This document shows, piece by piece, positions 41,747-59,291 of a stretch of DNA of 64,000 bases. How positions within the stretch are numbered: the stretch's first letter is position 1; every line of letters starts with the position of its first letter. The notes beneath the pieces were generated by a model that ran no database searches, was not told the DNA's origin, and worked only from the letters and a program-made list of their open reading frames with translations. The stretch lies in NCBI RefSeq assembly GCF_009914755.1, contig NC_060927.1. One strand, written 5' to 3'. This stretch comes from the human T2T-CHM13v2.0 reference genome, Homo sapiens. Both the position numbers and the translations under genes were made by a program.

Positions 41747-42870
41747 CTATAAGTAGTTCTGATAGAGGGCTTGTACCATGACTCAGGAAAGACAGTATGG
41801 ACTCTCGTGTTGTCAAAGATCTGTAGTTAGTAAGTAAGACTAGTGACTAAGGCTAACTTGGTACATTTTGGGGAACACTATGGATAGCCTAAACTATGAC
41901 AAGACACCACAGGGTAGTATGGCATTCATGTTGCTGTCCAATGTCCCAGGTAATAAGATGAAAACAGAGAAGTCCCAAAAGCAAATGGCTTCTTTTGAGA
42001 ACACTTCTGTATACATTGTTCAGAATTTTGTCCAATTAATCCAAACCCCAAATAAATAGTAAAGTGAGAATAATTTTTTTCCTGAAATCGTTTATGAAAG
42101 ATTCAAGTTATTTCAAAAATACAGTATATTGATCTGTACTGTTTGGATTATTATTTATGTTTTCTGTTGTTTAAAGACAATGATTTGTATGAGTATTTAA
42201 TAATTCACCTTCTATCACATCATAAATTTAAATATTGTCTATATACTAAATGATGCTATCTTTTCCAGCTCATATCTGTATGCTTTGATGCAGACTCATA
42301 CATTTTGTTTACTTGACATATACACTTGAATTTCTAACTAAACTTAAAATTTCATCACTTGATGTGTATCTTCCCAATTCATCTCAATCTTTATTCTTCC
42401 TCCCCATTTTATAATGGTGCTTCTTCTTATGAGTTGATAATTTTCGTTTCTTTCTATCTTGCTGTTTTCTAACATACACAAAGTCCTATAGGTTTTCTAT
42501 CCAAAATGTTTTAATAGGAATATTTTTAAATATCTAATTGCTTCTCTGCATTTATACTGTAAAATACGATTATCTTGCAGATATACCATCACAGGCTATC
42601 AGATTTAAATTTCTGATTTCCTTTTGTCTCTATGTTAATTTTTTCTCTAAACATTGTGATAAAAATAATTAGAAAACTTTAAAATGTGTTTATCCTTTTA
42701 GTAACTATGTCTGACCTGAAATATTATTAATCAGTTTTAATAAAACTGATTAAACAAGCCAGAGATCCATAAAAAAAATCTTAAAAGTAACTAAAGAAGA
42801 AAATACATGTTTCATAGAGAAGTAAAGGTAAGAATGCAATAGATTCCTGGTTAGAAACTGTGTGTTCAAG

Positions 42871-43083
42871 GGTCAGGCGCGGTGGCTCACTCCTGTAATT
42901 CCAGCACTTTGGGAGGCCGAGGCGGGCGGATCACGAGGTCAGAAGATCGAGACCATCCTGGCTAACACGGTAAAACCCCGTCTCCACTAAACATACAAAA
43001 ATTAGCCGGGCGTGGTAGCCGGTTCCTGTAGTCCCAGCTACTTGGGAGGCTGAGACAGGAGAACAAAAAAAAAAAAAAAAAAA
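42871..43083 (+). mobile_element. AluY-like element lacking the distal right arm but with A19 tail and TSD
   Basis: Body ends ...caggagaac then A19; TSD gaaa(c/t)tgtgtgttcaag at 42854-42870 and 43085-43101. Confidence 0.93.
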
Positions 43084-43800
43084 GGAAATTGTGTGTTCAA
43101 GGAAACAGTAAAGAAAAAAACAAATAAAAACCTGTCATCTAAGAATTCTAGTTTAATAGAAATACCTTTCAAAGATAAATAAATATTTTTTTTTCTGAAA
43201 CAGAACATGTGAAATAATCACTAGCATACAAACATCTGACAACAATGTGAAAATCCTGTATGCTGAAAATTGTAAAATATTGATGGGAGATATTAAATAA
43301 GCCTAAATACATATAAATGGAGAGACATAATATTTACGAGTTAGAAGAATAAATCTTGTTGTGATGTGAATTCTTCTCAAGTTAATCTACAGATCTGATG
43401 CTATCCCATTCAAAATCTCAATGGCTTTTTTATTTGTAAAAACTAAACCTATTATAAATTTCATATGAAAAAGCAAAGGACCAAAAATAGCAAATCAAAG
43501 AAAAGCAAAAATGGAAAAGCAGAGGTTGGTGAACATGCATCCATCATAATAGAAATGACACAAAAGAAACACAAACAGAAAAGCGACAAAAAAAAAAAAA
43601 AAAAAAAGAAAAGAAAGCAAGCAAGCATTGATGAACTCATGAGACCACTTCAGGAGCCAAAAATATACGTGGTATACCTAACAAAGTTACAGAACTTAGA
43701 TTACCTTGTTTCAAAACTTATAGCAAAAGTTATCAAGAAGACATAGTTTAAAGATAGACCAAGTGGTCACTGGAATAGAACAGAGTCCAGAAATATACAC

Positions 43801-44408
43801 TGTTGGAGCCCAGAAACTGATACTTTAAAATATGGCACTTTCACATGCTGAACTGAAGAAGTCTTAAGGCCTCCAAGAACTCTCCCCTACTCCTGTCTTT
43901 CAATCCTCTATCATTCTGTAAGCACAAGATGAAGTTATTCTCTAAAGTTCCTTATGTACATAACATCTAGACCCATCAAAGAAGAAAACAATTACCTCTG
44001 GTCTCTTCCCTGAGTTTTCGTTAACTGAATGAACTCATAGAGCAGGAAGAAAGACTGAAATCTGTCAACGCACATGGACAGACTTTTGTCACAAACCATT
44101 CTCTGCTCTGTGGGCCCAACAGATTTTGTCCCAGGCCACTGTACATTATTCAAGCCCACTGAATTTACCTAAAAATTATTTATTAACCCCTTAAAATTAT
44201 CCACACTTACCCATCATGCTTTCCCCTAAAATGTAGGACTTATAACCATTCGTACCCCATTGTGTGGTGAGGCAGTCACTATTTGATTCTCCCTCAGGCA
44301 CAATAATAAATTTATTTAACACTTATCCTATTAATCTGCCTTTTGTCAGTTGATTTTTTTCAGTAAACCTTCCAAGGGTGGAAGGGAAGGTTTCCCTTGG
44401 CACCTACA
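43801..44408 (+). mobile_element. ERV1 solo LTR (MER34 family)
   Basis: tgttggagcccagaaa ... ttttgtcagttgattt ... cccttggcacctaca; AATAAA; 4-bp TSD acac/accc. Confidence 0.8.
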
Positions 44409-45303
44409 ACCCACATATAAATATACAACCAATTTTTGACAAAGGTTAAATAGAAACTCAGTGGATGAAGGGTTGTCTTTTTACAAAAGGCACTAGACCA
44501 ACTGGTGTTTATATAAAACAGGTATACTTCAATCATTACTTTGCATCATACATAGATATTTTATTAAAAATAGATAATGAATCATAAAATTGAAAACTAT
44601 AAAACTTATAAAATAAAACATGAGAAAACCGTGACCCCAGCTAGGCAAACATTTCCTTAGTAAGGCACAAAAATAATAGTATTTTGCCAAAATTAAAATA
44701 GTTTGCTCTATAAAACACACAAATATGAAAAGACAAACTATTCATTGGGTGAAAGTATTTACAAATTATATGTCCCACAAAAGGACATGTATCCAGAATA
44801 TAACAGTAAGTTTCAAACTTTAATTTAAAAATAAGGCAAATATTTGAAAGAGACACTTGATCAAATAAAATATGCACAAGGAAAATAAACACAATAGTGT
44901 TCACTATTGTCACTTCTTAAGGAAATGTAGCATAACGCCACAAAGAGATACTACACACACTTACTGGAGTCATTAAATTAAAGAGACAAATCACACTAAG
45001 TGTTGGCAAAGATGTGAAAGATGTAGAATCTTCATATATTGCTAGTGGGGATATAAAATGGTAAAATCACTTTGGACAAAGGCTGGCAGTTTTTTAAAAA
45101 TTTCAATATATATATAACATATGTTCTAGTTATTCCAGTATTAGGTATTTACTCAGGAGAAATAAAAGAAAATGTCTATATATGCTTATATATGAAGGTG
45201 CATTAGAGTTTTATTTGCAATAGCTAAACTCTGGATACAAATAAATGTTCATCAAAATAAATAATTATAGTGTGGTTTATCTATTCAATAGAATATTAAT
45301 CAG

Positions 45304-45672
45304 TGCCTCTGCCCATTTGGACTATTATAACAAAATGCCATAAATTAGGTGACTTATAAACAACAGAAATTTATTTCTCAAAGTTCTGGAGTCTGGGAAA
45401 TTCAAGATTCAGGTGTCAGCAGATCTGGTGTCTGGTAAGGCTCCACTCTCTGATTCATGGAGTGGCACCTTCTTGCAGTGTCCTTACATGGATGAGACCA
45501 GCTAGCTCTCTGGGTTCTCTTTTCTGAGGGCACAAAATCAATTCATGAGGGCCACACTCTCATGACTTAATCATTACCTCAAAGGCTTTACCTCCTAATA
45601 CCATCGCCTTGTGGGTAAGGATTTTAACACATGAATTTTGGGATGAACACAACCATTCAGAAACATTTAGCA
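45304..45672 (-). mobile_element. MaLR solo LTR (MLT1A-like)
   Basis: ataacaaaatgccataaa ... aacagaaatttatttctc ... atgaattttggg. Confidence 0.82.
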
Positions 45673-46488
45673 GTGAAAAAATGCAAGAATTATTGAACAT
45701 GCTACAACGTGGATCTCAAAATAATTATGTTAAGTGAAGAAATACATACTGTATAACCCCAGAAAGCAAATCAATCATTGTCAGGATATGGTGAGGGTAA
45801 CTGAGGGGATAGAAGGGAAGGATTAGGAGGGGGTATGGGGAAATAGGGTATGAAGATTATATTCATTATCTTTATTGCAGTGACAGTTTCACAGGTGTTG
45901 CATCTGTCACAAATTGTACACACACACACACAAACACAGACACACACATATTTCCTGAGTCCAGAACTTGTACTCTACCCACTGTGCTCTGCTAACATTT
46001 TAAATCTGCAAAGATGCTGTCTCTCACAGCTGCATTCCTCCATAATGGAACCTACGTCGGAGTCAATATCCAGAGAGGGCAGTTATTTTCTAAAGGGAAG
46101 CTTATGTGATTCCCCATTGCTTAGATTCCATTATTGAAGTGACAAGCAAGGTTGTCACTCACAGCTTGAGATATCTGCAAATCCACTTCATTTTAATCAG
46201 TACATGAATTTCTGCAAGAGTTTTACTGGAGGGACATTATAACAGTGTTCTCTTTTGGTCAGAACTATTGTTTACCACTTCCCTGCCACCACTCCAAATC
46301 CTATGTTTTTCTACTTTCCATGATGGCCAAGTGCATATTGAAAGAGTCTGAACAGTCTCCACCCCAATCTATAGGTATATGTTAGCATGTTTAGAGAAAG
46401 TGATGGAAAGATTAAACTGACTTTTAACTGCAAAGGGATACTTCCAGGATTTAGAAGACAGAATTCATTAAGACGGAAGGAGAACTCA

Positions 46489-47120
46489 GGTAGGTAGAAT
46501 AATTCCTGACAACTCTGGCCCTTGCAAAATTGCTCCCTGCATGTGAACAGGACTGTGAGACATCACTCCTATGAAACACTTTTTATATTTAAATGAATTT
46601 TTTGCAGACGTGGCTAAGGTTATTTATCAGTTGACTTTAGGTTAATCAAAAAGGGGATAATTAGGATGAGTTTGAACTAATCATATGAGCCCTTAAATAT
46701 TGGTCAGCAGATCAGAGATGGAGAAGTCAAAGATTAGAAATAACAAAGCATTCCCCTGATGGCTTTGAAGGCACAAACACCACATTATGGAGAGGGCCAT
46801 GCAGCAGAAATGGTGCACATCCACTAAGAGGCAAAAAGAGTCCCTGGTTCATACCAGCAATAAAATCTGGATATCAGTCCCAGCTGCAGGAAACTGAATT
46901 TTACAAACCAACTCTATGAGCTTGGAAGAGAATCCTGAGCTTCAAGTGAAAATATAGCCCTAGATGACACCACAGTTTCAACTACGTAAGACCCTGAGCG
47001 CAGGATCCAGTCATGAAATGCCAGACTCCTGACTCATGGAATCTATAAGATAAAAAAATTTGTATCGTTTTAAGCTACCAAGATTGTGATAAATTTTATA
47101 TAGCAGCAGGAAACTAATGA
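46489..47120 (+). mobile_element. MaLR solo LTR (MLT1E-like)
   Basis: tttttgcagacgtgg ... cagttgacttt ... ttttaagcta ... gcagcaggaaactaat. Confidence 0.75.
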
Positions 47121-50057
47121 AAATGGTGATTAAACTACAATAGTAATAAGCTGCGACCATATGACCTACCTGAAAGTAATATCACATGTGGAGTATCACC
47201 TTGGATCTCCTCGAGGTATGGCAAGACTTAATTCTCAAAATATTAAAAATATGACCCTTATATATTTAGTTATATATGGCTGAATTTAACTTAATTTGTT
47301 AATACTGGAATCAGCAGGGCAAAAAACAAAAACAAAACAACTAATTTAAAGGAGGATATAAATAAAGAACAAAGAATGCTAGAATGAGACGATGGTCAAT
47401 AAAATACAAAACTGGCTAGTCTCCTAAAAGGTAATTAAACCATAACCTTCAGAGATACTTTCTCTACCAGATGAAGAATCATTTTCACATTATCAATTTT
47501 CTACAAATTAACCACTAATATAGAGTTTGCTTTCTAAACAATAGTAAATAGCAAGTCAAAAAAATTGGATTCTTCTAGTTCATTAACCCTAAGGAGATTT
47601 TATTAGGCAGTGTTCTAATATGACATTGAAATGACATGCAATCCTTTTTCTCCTTTATTTCTAAGTTTTGAATATGTCTTATTAGTGGATACTTTGAAGG
47701 TAGGATAAAGTGATGACTAAGAGCTTGCCCACTTACTTTTTTGTAGGCCTGTGTATTATTATGGTTCTGACGATTAAAGTGACTGCAGATTTACTGTAAG
47801 CTGAAAGAAGTCTAGGAATACTCAGAACTTGTAATAATCAACAGCATAATTCACTATGTTATAATCTACTTGCGATAACTAAATACAAATTGCATTTCAA
47901 TAAAAACTTCTGAAATTAGTTTATTTGTGCATTTGATAAATATATATTAGTAACAACAATAAAGACTTTCAATTTAACTCTTGAATTGAATGAAAATGTG
48001 TAGAAAAGTGATATTCTATACTACTTGTCTTAGAATTGTAGTGAGGAATCTTTACCCCTTTAATATTTTAAGATTTCTACCAATTAATTCATCATTCCCT
48101 TCAAGAGCTGTTGCCTCAACTTTCATTTGATGTCTTAATTATCTCAATTTTCATCCACTTATTGTGATACCACAATCGAAGTTTAGGTTCAATTCAGTAA
48201 TATTTCTCTGGGAAAGTTGCCATCAATTAGTTAATTGCAAAACTTCATCAAAACTAAATAAAAATCTATTCTTAACCGATTTACCTACTTTACTCCTATA
48301 GTATATTGTACTTACCTTCATGAGGACGTAAGAGTACTTGCCTTTTACTGTTTTGTAATTGTTTCCTAGGATATTTCCTGAAAGTAAGGAAATATGAATT
48401 ACCCATTTTTATTCACAGAATCCACCAGAGCATTGTTACCTACGAGGTGGTCCTTAAATGAATAGGAGTAATTAAAGAGACAAGTGAAAGGAAAAATCTT
48501 ATATTTCAATGAGGGATTTTTGGCCACGTCTATGAAGAAAACAGTTTCTTGAGAAGATTGGAACACCCTACATTGAACTAACTAGCTTTTGGGTTTTTTT
48601 TTAAACCTGTGAAGCTTCCCTAGTTTGCTTTGTTTTACCTAGTCTTTCTTTTCTTCTGGTCTTAGCACTGGAAATCAAAGGCATGTAATTAAGCGATGCT
48701 TAGGGAATGAAATACAGTTACTTAATTTCCCTTTTGTTTCTTAAATCAACATTATCATTTGTCATTTTAACTCAGTCTAACCCCAATTGATGTATATTTT
48801 ATACTTATAGTTTAAATACAATCAATGAACAATAGATGCCTGTGTATTCTAATAGAAATCTTTAAGTAGTATAAACAAGTCACTAGCTCAATAATGACAA
48901 GTTGCTTACCACGAAGAATGTAGTGAAGAAATTGTAAAGCTTTGTCTTTGTTTACACGTGTGAATTAATATTTTAAAATTTGTTCTTGGAGGATTGTGAA
49001 CCAGTGTCCCTTTTTAAGCCCCTTTCACCTTTTACCAAATGAGAACATCATCCCTAATATTGCTTTGCTCTTCTCTATTTTCTGTTGAATGAATAAGCCT
49101 ACCCTTTTTCAAATATGATTATCCTCTTCTTCAGTTTTACTATTCCTGTGGAATTAGATCTCCTTATCAAGTACAGCAGTTCAATAATAGCTTTCCTTAA
49201 ATAGGTACATGAAGGTCAACTTGAGACTTCCTTCTCCACAGGGATCAAAAAAAGGTATGAAATGCCATTACAGCCTAAATTCTGATTGTCTCTAACCAAG
49301 CGAAAGGTATTTTTATAAATAAATCTAGGTTTATAACGGATAGTTTAGCACAAGCAAAAAAGGGAATCAATAAGAAAAGTGAAAACAAGTATCAGTCAAT
49401 GAATATTAACAGCTTAATATTAAAAAGACCATATGAATTCATAGCAACTGTATATAGTATTATTTCAGAACCTTTATTCTTAATAAAAGAGACAACATTA
49501 TTGTCATATGTGGTGCAGTTGGTTCTTTCAGTAGATGCTTAACTCTAACATCTGTTTTCATACAACGTAAACTAAAGCAATTTACAGACATGACTATAAA
49601 TAAACAGCATGCTTATATGTCTGCATATTTTGTAAGCCCTTTGAATACACCATTTATTGCTCTTACAACTATCAGAATGCCAAGAATTTTCCTCTCTACC
49701 ACCTGCAATAGAATTTGTGTAAAATTATCTTTATAATTTCCCAGATGGTAAGATAGACAAGTATTTTAAGTGTAAATTGATAAGATCCCCCTATCGAAAG
49801 ATATAGAATACTTGCTAAATTGCTTAAGTTCCTTATAGAGTCTGGGTATTAGACCTCTGCTGGATGCATAGCTTGTGAATATTTTCTCCCATTCTGTAGG
49901 TGGCTAGTTTATCTTGCTGTGCAGAATCTCTTCAATTTAATTAGGTCCCACTCGTCAATATTTGTTTTTATTGCAATTGTTTTTAGGGACTTAGCCAAAA
50001 ATTCTTTGCTAATGTTGATGTCAAGAATGGTATTTTCTAGGGTTTCTTCTCAGATTT

Positions 50058-50351
<294 letters not shown>

Positions 50352-50377
50352 TCTTCTCAGATTTATATAATGTGAGG

Positions 50378-50413
<36 letters not shown>

Positions 50414-50612
50414 CTTTAAGTTTTAGGGTACATATGCACAATGTGCAGGTTAGTTACATATGTATACATGTGCCATGCTGGTGTGCTGCACCCATTAACT
50501 CCTCATTTAGCGTTAGATATATCTCCTAATGCTATCCCTCCCCCCTCCCCCCACCCCGCAACAGTCCCCAGAGTGTAATGTTCCCCTTCCTCTGTCCATG
50601 TGTTCTCATTGT

Positions 50613-54442
<3,830 letters not shown>

Positions 54443-54505
54443 TATGATGTTAACTGGTTATTTTGCTCATTAGTTGATGGAGTTTCTTCCTGGGTTCGAA
54501 GGTCT

Positions 54506-55521
54506 TTACAATTTGGCATGATTTTGCAGTGGCTGGTACCGGTTGTTCCTTTCCATGTTTAGTGCTTCCTTCAGGTGCTCTTTTAGGGCAGGCCTGGTGG
54601 TGGCAAAATCTCTCAGCATTTGCTTATCTGTAAAGGATTTTATTTCTCCTTCACTTATGAAGCTTAGTTTGGCTGGATATGAAATTCTGGGTTGAAAATT
54701 CTTTTCTTAAAAATGTTGAATGTTGGCCTCCACTCTCTTCTGGCTTGTAGAGTTTCTGACAAGAGGTCCGCTGTTAGCCTGATGGGCTTCCCTTTGTGGG
54801 TATCCCAACCTTTCTCTCTGGCTGCCCTTAACATTTTTTCCTTCATTTCAACTTTGGTGAATGTGACAATTACGTGTCTTGGAGTTGCTCTTCTCGAGGA
54901 GTATCTTCGTGGCATTCTCTGTATTTCCTGAATCTGAATGTTGGCCTGCCTTGCTAGATTGGGGAAGTTCTCCTGCATAATATCCTGCAGAGTGTTTTCC
55001 AACTTGGGTCCATTCTCCTCATCACTTTCAGGTACACCAATCAGACGTAGATTTGGTCTGTTCACATAGTCCCGTATTTCTTGGAGTCTTTGTTCATTTC
55101 TTTTTATTCTTTTTTCTCTAAACTTCCCTTCTCACTTCATTTCATTCATTTCATCTTCCATCACTGATACCCTTTCTTCCAGTTGATCGCGTCGGCTCCT
55201 GAGGCTTCTGCATTCTTCACGTAGTTCCCGAGCCTTGGCTTTCAGCTCCATCAGCTCCTTTAAGCACTTCTCTGTATTGGTTAATCTAGTTATACATTTG
55301 TCTAAATTTTTTTCAAAGTTTTTAACTTCTTTGCCTTTGGTTTGAATTTCCTCCTGTCGCTGGGAGTAGTTTGATCGTCTGAAGCCTTCTTCTCTCAGCT
55401 CATCAAAGTCATTCTCCGTCCAGCTTTGTTCCATTGCTGGTGAGGAACAGCGTTCCTTTGGAGGAGGAGAGGTGCTCTGCTTTTTAGAGTTTCCAGTTTT
55501 TCTGCTCTGTTTGTTCCCCAT
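54506..55521 (-). pseudogene. L1 ORF1p, disrupted
   Basis: MGNKQSRKTGNSK... split across ORFs 55132-55521 and 54664-55065. Confidence 0.92.
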
Positions 55522-56554
55522 CTTTGTGGTTTTATCTACTTTTGGTCTTTGATGATGGTGATGTAGAGATGGGTTTTTGGTGTGGATGTCCTTTCTGTTT
55601 GTTAGTTTTCCTTCTAACAGACAGGACCCTCAGCTGCAGGTCTGTTGGAGTTTGCTAGAGGTCCACTCCAGACCCTGTTTGCCTGGGTATCAGCAGCGGT
55701 GGCTGCAGAACAGTGGATTTTCGTGAACCGTGAATGCTGCTGTCTGATCGTTCCTCTGGAAGTTTTGTCTCAGAGGAGTACCCGGCCATGTGAGGTGTCA
55801 GTCTGCCCCTACTGGGGGGTGCCTCCCAGTTAGGCTGCTCGGGGGTCAGGGGTCAGGGACCCACTTCAGGAGGCAGTCTGCCCCTTCTCAGATCTCCAGC
55901 TGCATGCTGGGAGAACCACTGCTCTCTTCAAAGCTGTCAGACAGGGACAGTTAAGTCTGCAGAGGTTACTGCTGTCTTTTTGTTTGTCTGTGCCCTGCCC
56001 CCAGAGGTAGAACCTACAGAGGCAGACAGGCTTCCTTGTGCTGTGGTGGGCTCCACCCAGTTCAAGCTTCCAGGCTGCTTTGATTACCTAAGCAAGCCTG
56101 GGCAATGGCAGGTGCCCCTCCCCCAGCCTCACTGCCGCCTTGCAATTTGATCTCAGACTGCTGTGCTAGCAATCAGCGAGACTCCATGGGCGTAGGACCC
56201 TCTGAGCCATGTGCGGGATATAATCTCCTGGTGCGCCGTTTTTTAAGCCCATTGGAAAAGCACAGTATTCGGGTGGGAGTGACCCGATTTTCCAGGTGCC
56301 ATCTGTCACCCCTTTCTTTGACTAGGAAAGGGAACTCCCTGACCCCTTGCACTTCCCGAGTGAGGCAATGCTTCGCCCTGCTTTGGCTCGCGCATGGTGC
56401 GCTGCACCCACTGTCCTGCGCCCACTGTCTGGCACTCCCTAGTGAGATGAACCCGGTACCTCAGATGAAATGCAGAAATCACCCGTCTTCTGCATCGCTC
56501 ACGCTGGGAGCTGTAGACTGGAGCTGTTCCTATTCGGCCATCTTGGCTCTCACC
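55522..56554 (-). promoter_or_regulatory. L1 5'UTR: sense promoter with intact YY1 site (56536-56545), antisense promoter, retained 129-bp segment (~55651-55778)
   Basis: ggccatcttg is the reverse complement of caagatggcc; the tttgctagaggtccactcc...cagaggag block is absent from L1PA2/L1HS. Confidence 0.85.
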
Positions 56555-56563
56555 ATAATGTGA
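56105..56563 (+). CDS. ORF0: L1 antisense ORF0, open and extended to 152 aa
   Basis: [33 protein letters not shown] matches the ORF0 N-terminus; strong Kozak context gcaATGG; translation at this locus unproven. Confidence 0.6.
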   Translation: MAGAPPPASLPPCNLISDCCASNQRDSMGVGPSEPCAGYNLLVRRFLSPLEKHSIRVGVTRFSRCHLSPLSLTRKGNSLTPCTSRVRQCFALLWLAHGALHPLSCAHCLALPSEMNPVPQMKCRNHPSSASLTLGAVDWSCSYSAILALTIM

Positions 56564-57185
56564 GGTCTTACATTTAAATCTTTTATCTGTCTCGAGTTAA
56601 TTTTTGTATATGTTGAAAGGTAAGTGTCTAGTTTTACTCTTCTGCATGTGGCTAGCCAGTTACCACAGCACCATTTATTGAATAGCGTATCCTTTCGCTA
56701 TTGCTTGCTTTTGCCAACCTTCTCAAAGTTCAGATTATTGTACATGTGTGGCTTTATTTCCAGGTTCTCTATTCTGCTCCATTGGTCTATGTGTCTGTTT
56801 TTATCCCAGTACCATGCTCTTTTGGTTACTGTAGCCTTATGGTAGGGTTTGAAGTCAGCTAGTGTGATGCTTCCAGTTTTTTTCTTTTTGTTTAGGATTT
56901 TTTTGGTTATTTGGACTCTTTTATTATATATGAATTTTAGAATAGTTGTTCCTAATTCTGCAAAGAATGATGTTGGTAGTTTGATAGAAATAGTGTTGAA
57001 TCTGTAAATTGATTTGGGCAGTGTGGACATTTTAATGATATTAATTCTTTCAATCCATGAGCATGAAATGTTTTTTCATCTATTTGGGTCATCTCTGATT
57101 TCTTTCAGCAGTGTTTCATCATTCTCCTTGTACATATGTTCAACCACTTTGGCTTGCTGTATTCTCAATTAAAAAATGGACAAAG

Positions 57186-57469
57186 GGTCGGTTGTGGTGT
57201 CTCACGCCTGGAATCCCAGCACTTTGGGAGGCGAAGGCAAGTGGATCACATGAGGTCAGGAGTTCGAGACCAGCCTGGCCAACATGACAAAACACCATCT
57301 CTACTAAAAACACAAAAATTAGCCAGGTGTGGTGGTGCAGGCTTGTAATCTCAGCTACTTGGGAGGCTGAGGCAGGAGGATAACTTGAACCACAGAAGCA
57401 GAAGTTGCAGTGAGTCAAGATTGCACCACTGCATTCCAGCCTGGGCAACAGGGCATGACTCCATCAAAA
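57186..57469 (+). mobile_element. AluS (Sx/Sz-like)
   Basis: Dimer; TSD aaaaaatgg(a/g)caaag. Confidence 0.93.
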
Positions 57470-58766
57470 AAAAAATGGGCAAAGGACATGAACAGACACT
57501 TCTCAAAAGAAGATATACAAGTGGCCAATAAACATATGAAAAACATGCTCATCCTAACTAATCAACAGAGAAACACAAATCAAAACCAAAATGAGATACC
57601 ACATCACACAAGTCAGAATGGCTGTTACTGAAAAGAACACACACACACACCACACAAACACACACACACAGAGATAATGGAGAGGCTACAGAAAAAAGGG
57701 AATACTTATACACTGTAGGTGGAAATGCAATTTAGTTTAGCTACTGTAGAATGCAGTTTAGAGATTTCTCAAAGAACTTAAAACAGAGCTAACACTCAAC
57801 CTAGCAATCTTATTATTGGGTATATAAGCAAAGGAAAATAGATCATTATACCCAAAAGACACACAGACTAGTATGTTCATCACCTAGCTATTTACAAAAG
57901 CAAAGACATGGAATCAACCTAGATCCCCATCAATGTTTAATTGGATAAAAAAAAATTTACATATACATCATAGAATACAATGCAACTATAAAAAAAGAAC
58001 AAAATCACATTCTCTGCATCAACAACTATGGAGCTGGAGGCCATCATCCTAGGCAAACTAATGCAGGTACAGAAAAACAAGTAGTGTATATTCTCACTTA
58101 TAAGAAGGTTGTAAACATTGACCACAAATGGACAAAAACATACAAAGAATCAAAACTGCAGACTACTAGAGGGAGTAGAAAAGGAAGGGGCATGGTTTTG
58201 GGGTGCAATTGGTTTTTTGGGTGCAATATGCCCTGAAGCAAACCTGCAAATGTACCACCAGGATCTAAAATAATAGTTGAAAAAAAAAAAAAACTACTGT
58301 GGCGAAATGGATTTTTTTTTAAGCCAACAACAAAAAAACAAGACAAAATGTAAATCTAACTATATGCTGTCTACAATAAACCTGCTTTAGGTTTAAGGAT
58401 ATTCATAGCCTAAAAGGAAGGAGTAAAAAAAATATATTTCATGCAAATAGTAAACAAAGGGGAGAAGTCACATAAGTGGTTTTACTTGTATCAGACAAAA
58501 TAGATTTCCACTCAAAATTGGCCACAAGAGACAAAGAGGGACATTATGATGGTAAAGGGGCCAATTTACTGGAAGATATAACAATTATAAATATATGTGC
58601 ACTCAACATCAGAGCGCTTAAATCTGTAAAGCATATACTGACAGAACTTAAGGGAGAAATAGATAGCAGTACAATAATAGTGAGAGACTTTAATAGTTCA
58701 TATTCCATAATTAATAGAACAACTAGATAGAAAATAAACAAAATAGCAACCTTTAGCAGCAATATA

Positions 58767-58988
58767 CACACAACCTTCAACTTACAATGGTTCTACTAAT
58801 TACTTTTTCAACTTACCATGTGTTTTTTGGAACTTAACTCCATAGTAAGAAGAGGAGAATCTGGTCTTATGATGATTTGACTTATAATATTTTGACCTCA
58901 TGGTATATTTACCAAGGGAATAAGTGCATTTTTGACTTACAATTTGTTGTTCAGGACATAACCCATCTTAAAAGTCAGGGAGCATTTG
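58767..58988. mobile_element. Tigger4a/MER46-like MITE inserted at TA in the old L1 ORF2
   Basis: TA flanks; ccttcaacttacaatgg ... aagtcagggagcatttg; L1 resumes at gaccaaatggac. Confidence 0.7.
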
Positions 58989-59291
58989 TAGACCAAATGG
59001 ACATACCAGATCTTTGCATAACATACTACCCAACAGCAGCTGAATATACATTCTTCTCAAGCACAAGGAAACTTCTCCAGGATAGATCACATGTTAACTT
59101 ACAAAACAAGACTTAATAATACTTATAAAATCTCAACTCATACCAAGTTATCTTTTCTAACCAAAATTGAATTCTACTAGACATCAATAACATAAGAAGA
59201 ACAGGAAATTTTCAACTAAGAAGAAATTAAGCAACACATCCTCACCCCTGAATAATCAATGAGTCAAAGAAAAAAATCGAAAGAAAAACTA

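Larger units (their letters stand above)
42741..45950 (+). mobile_element. Ancient L1M (ORF1/ORF2/3' remnants), host to an Alu, an ERV1 LTR and an MLT1
   Basis: Decayed L1 motifs (atctacagatctgatgctatcccattcaaaatc; tggaatagaacagagtccagaaata; tgttggcaaagatgtg). Confidence 0.7.
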
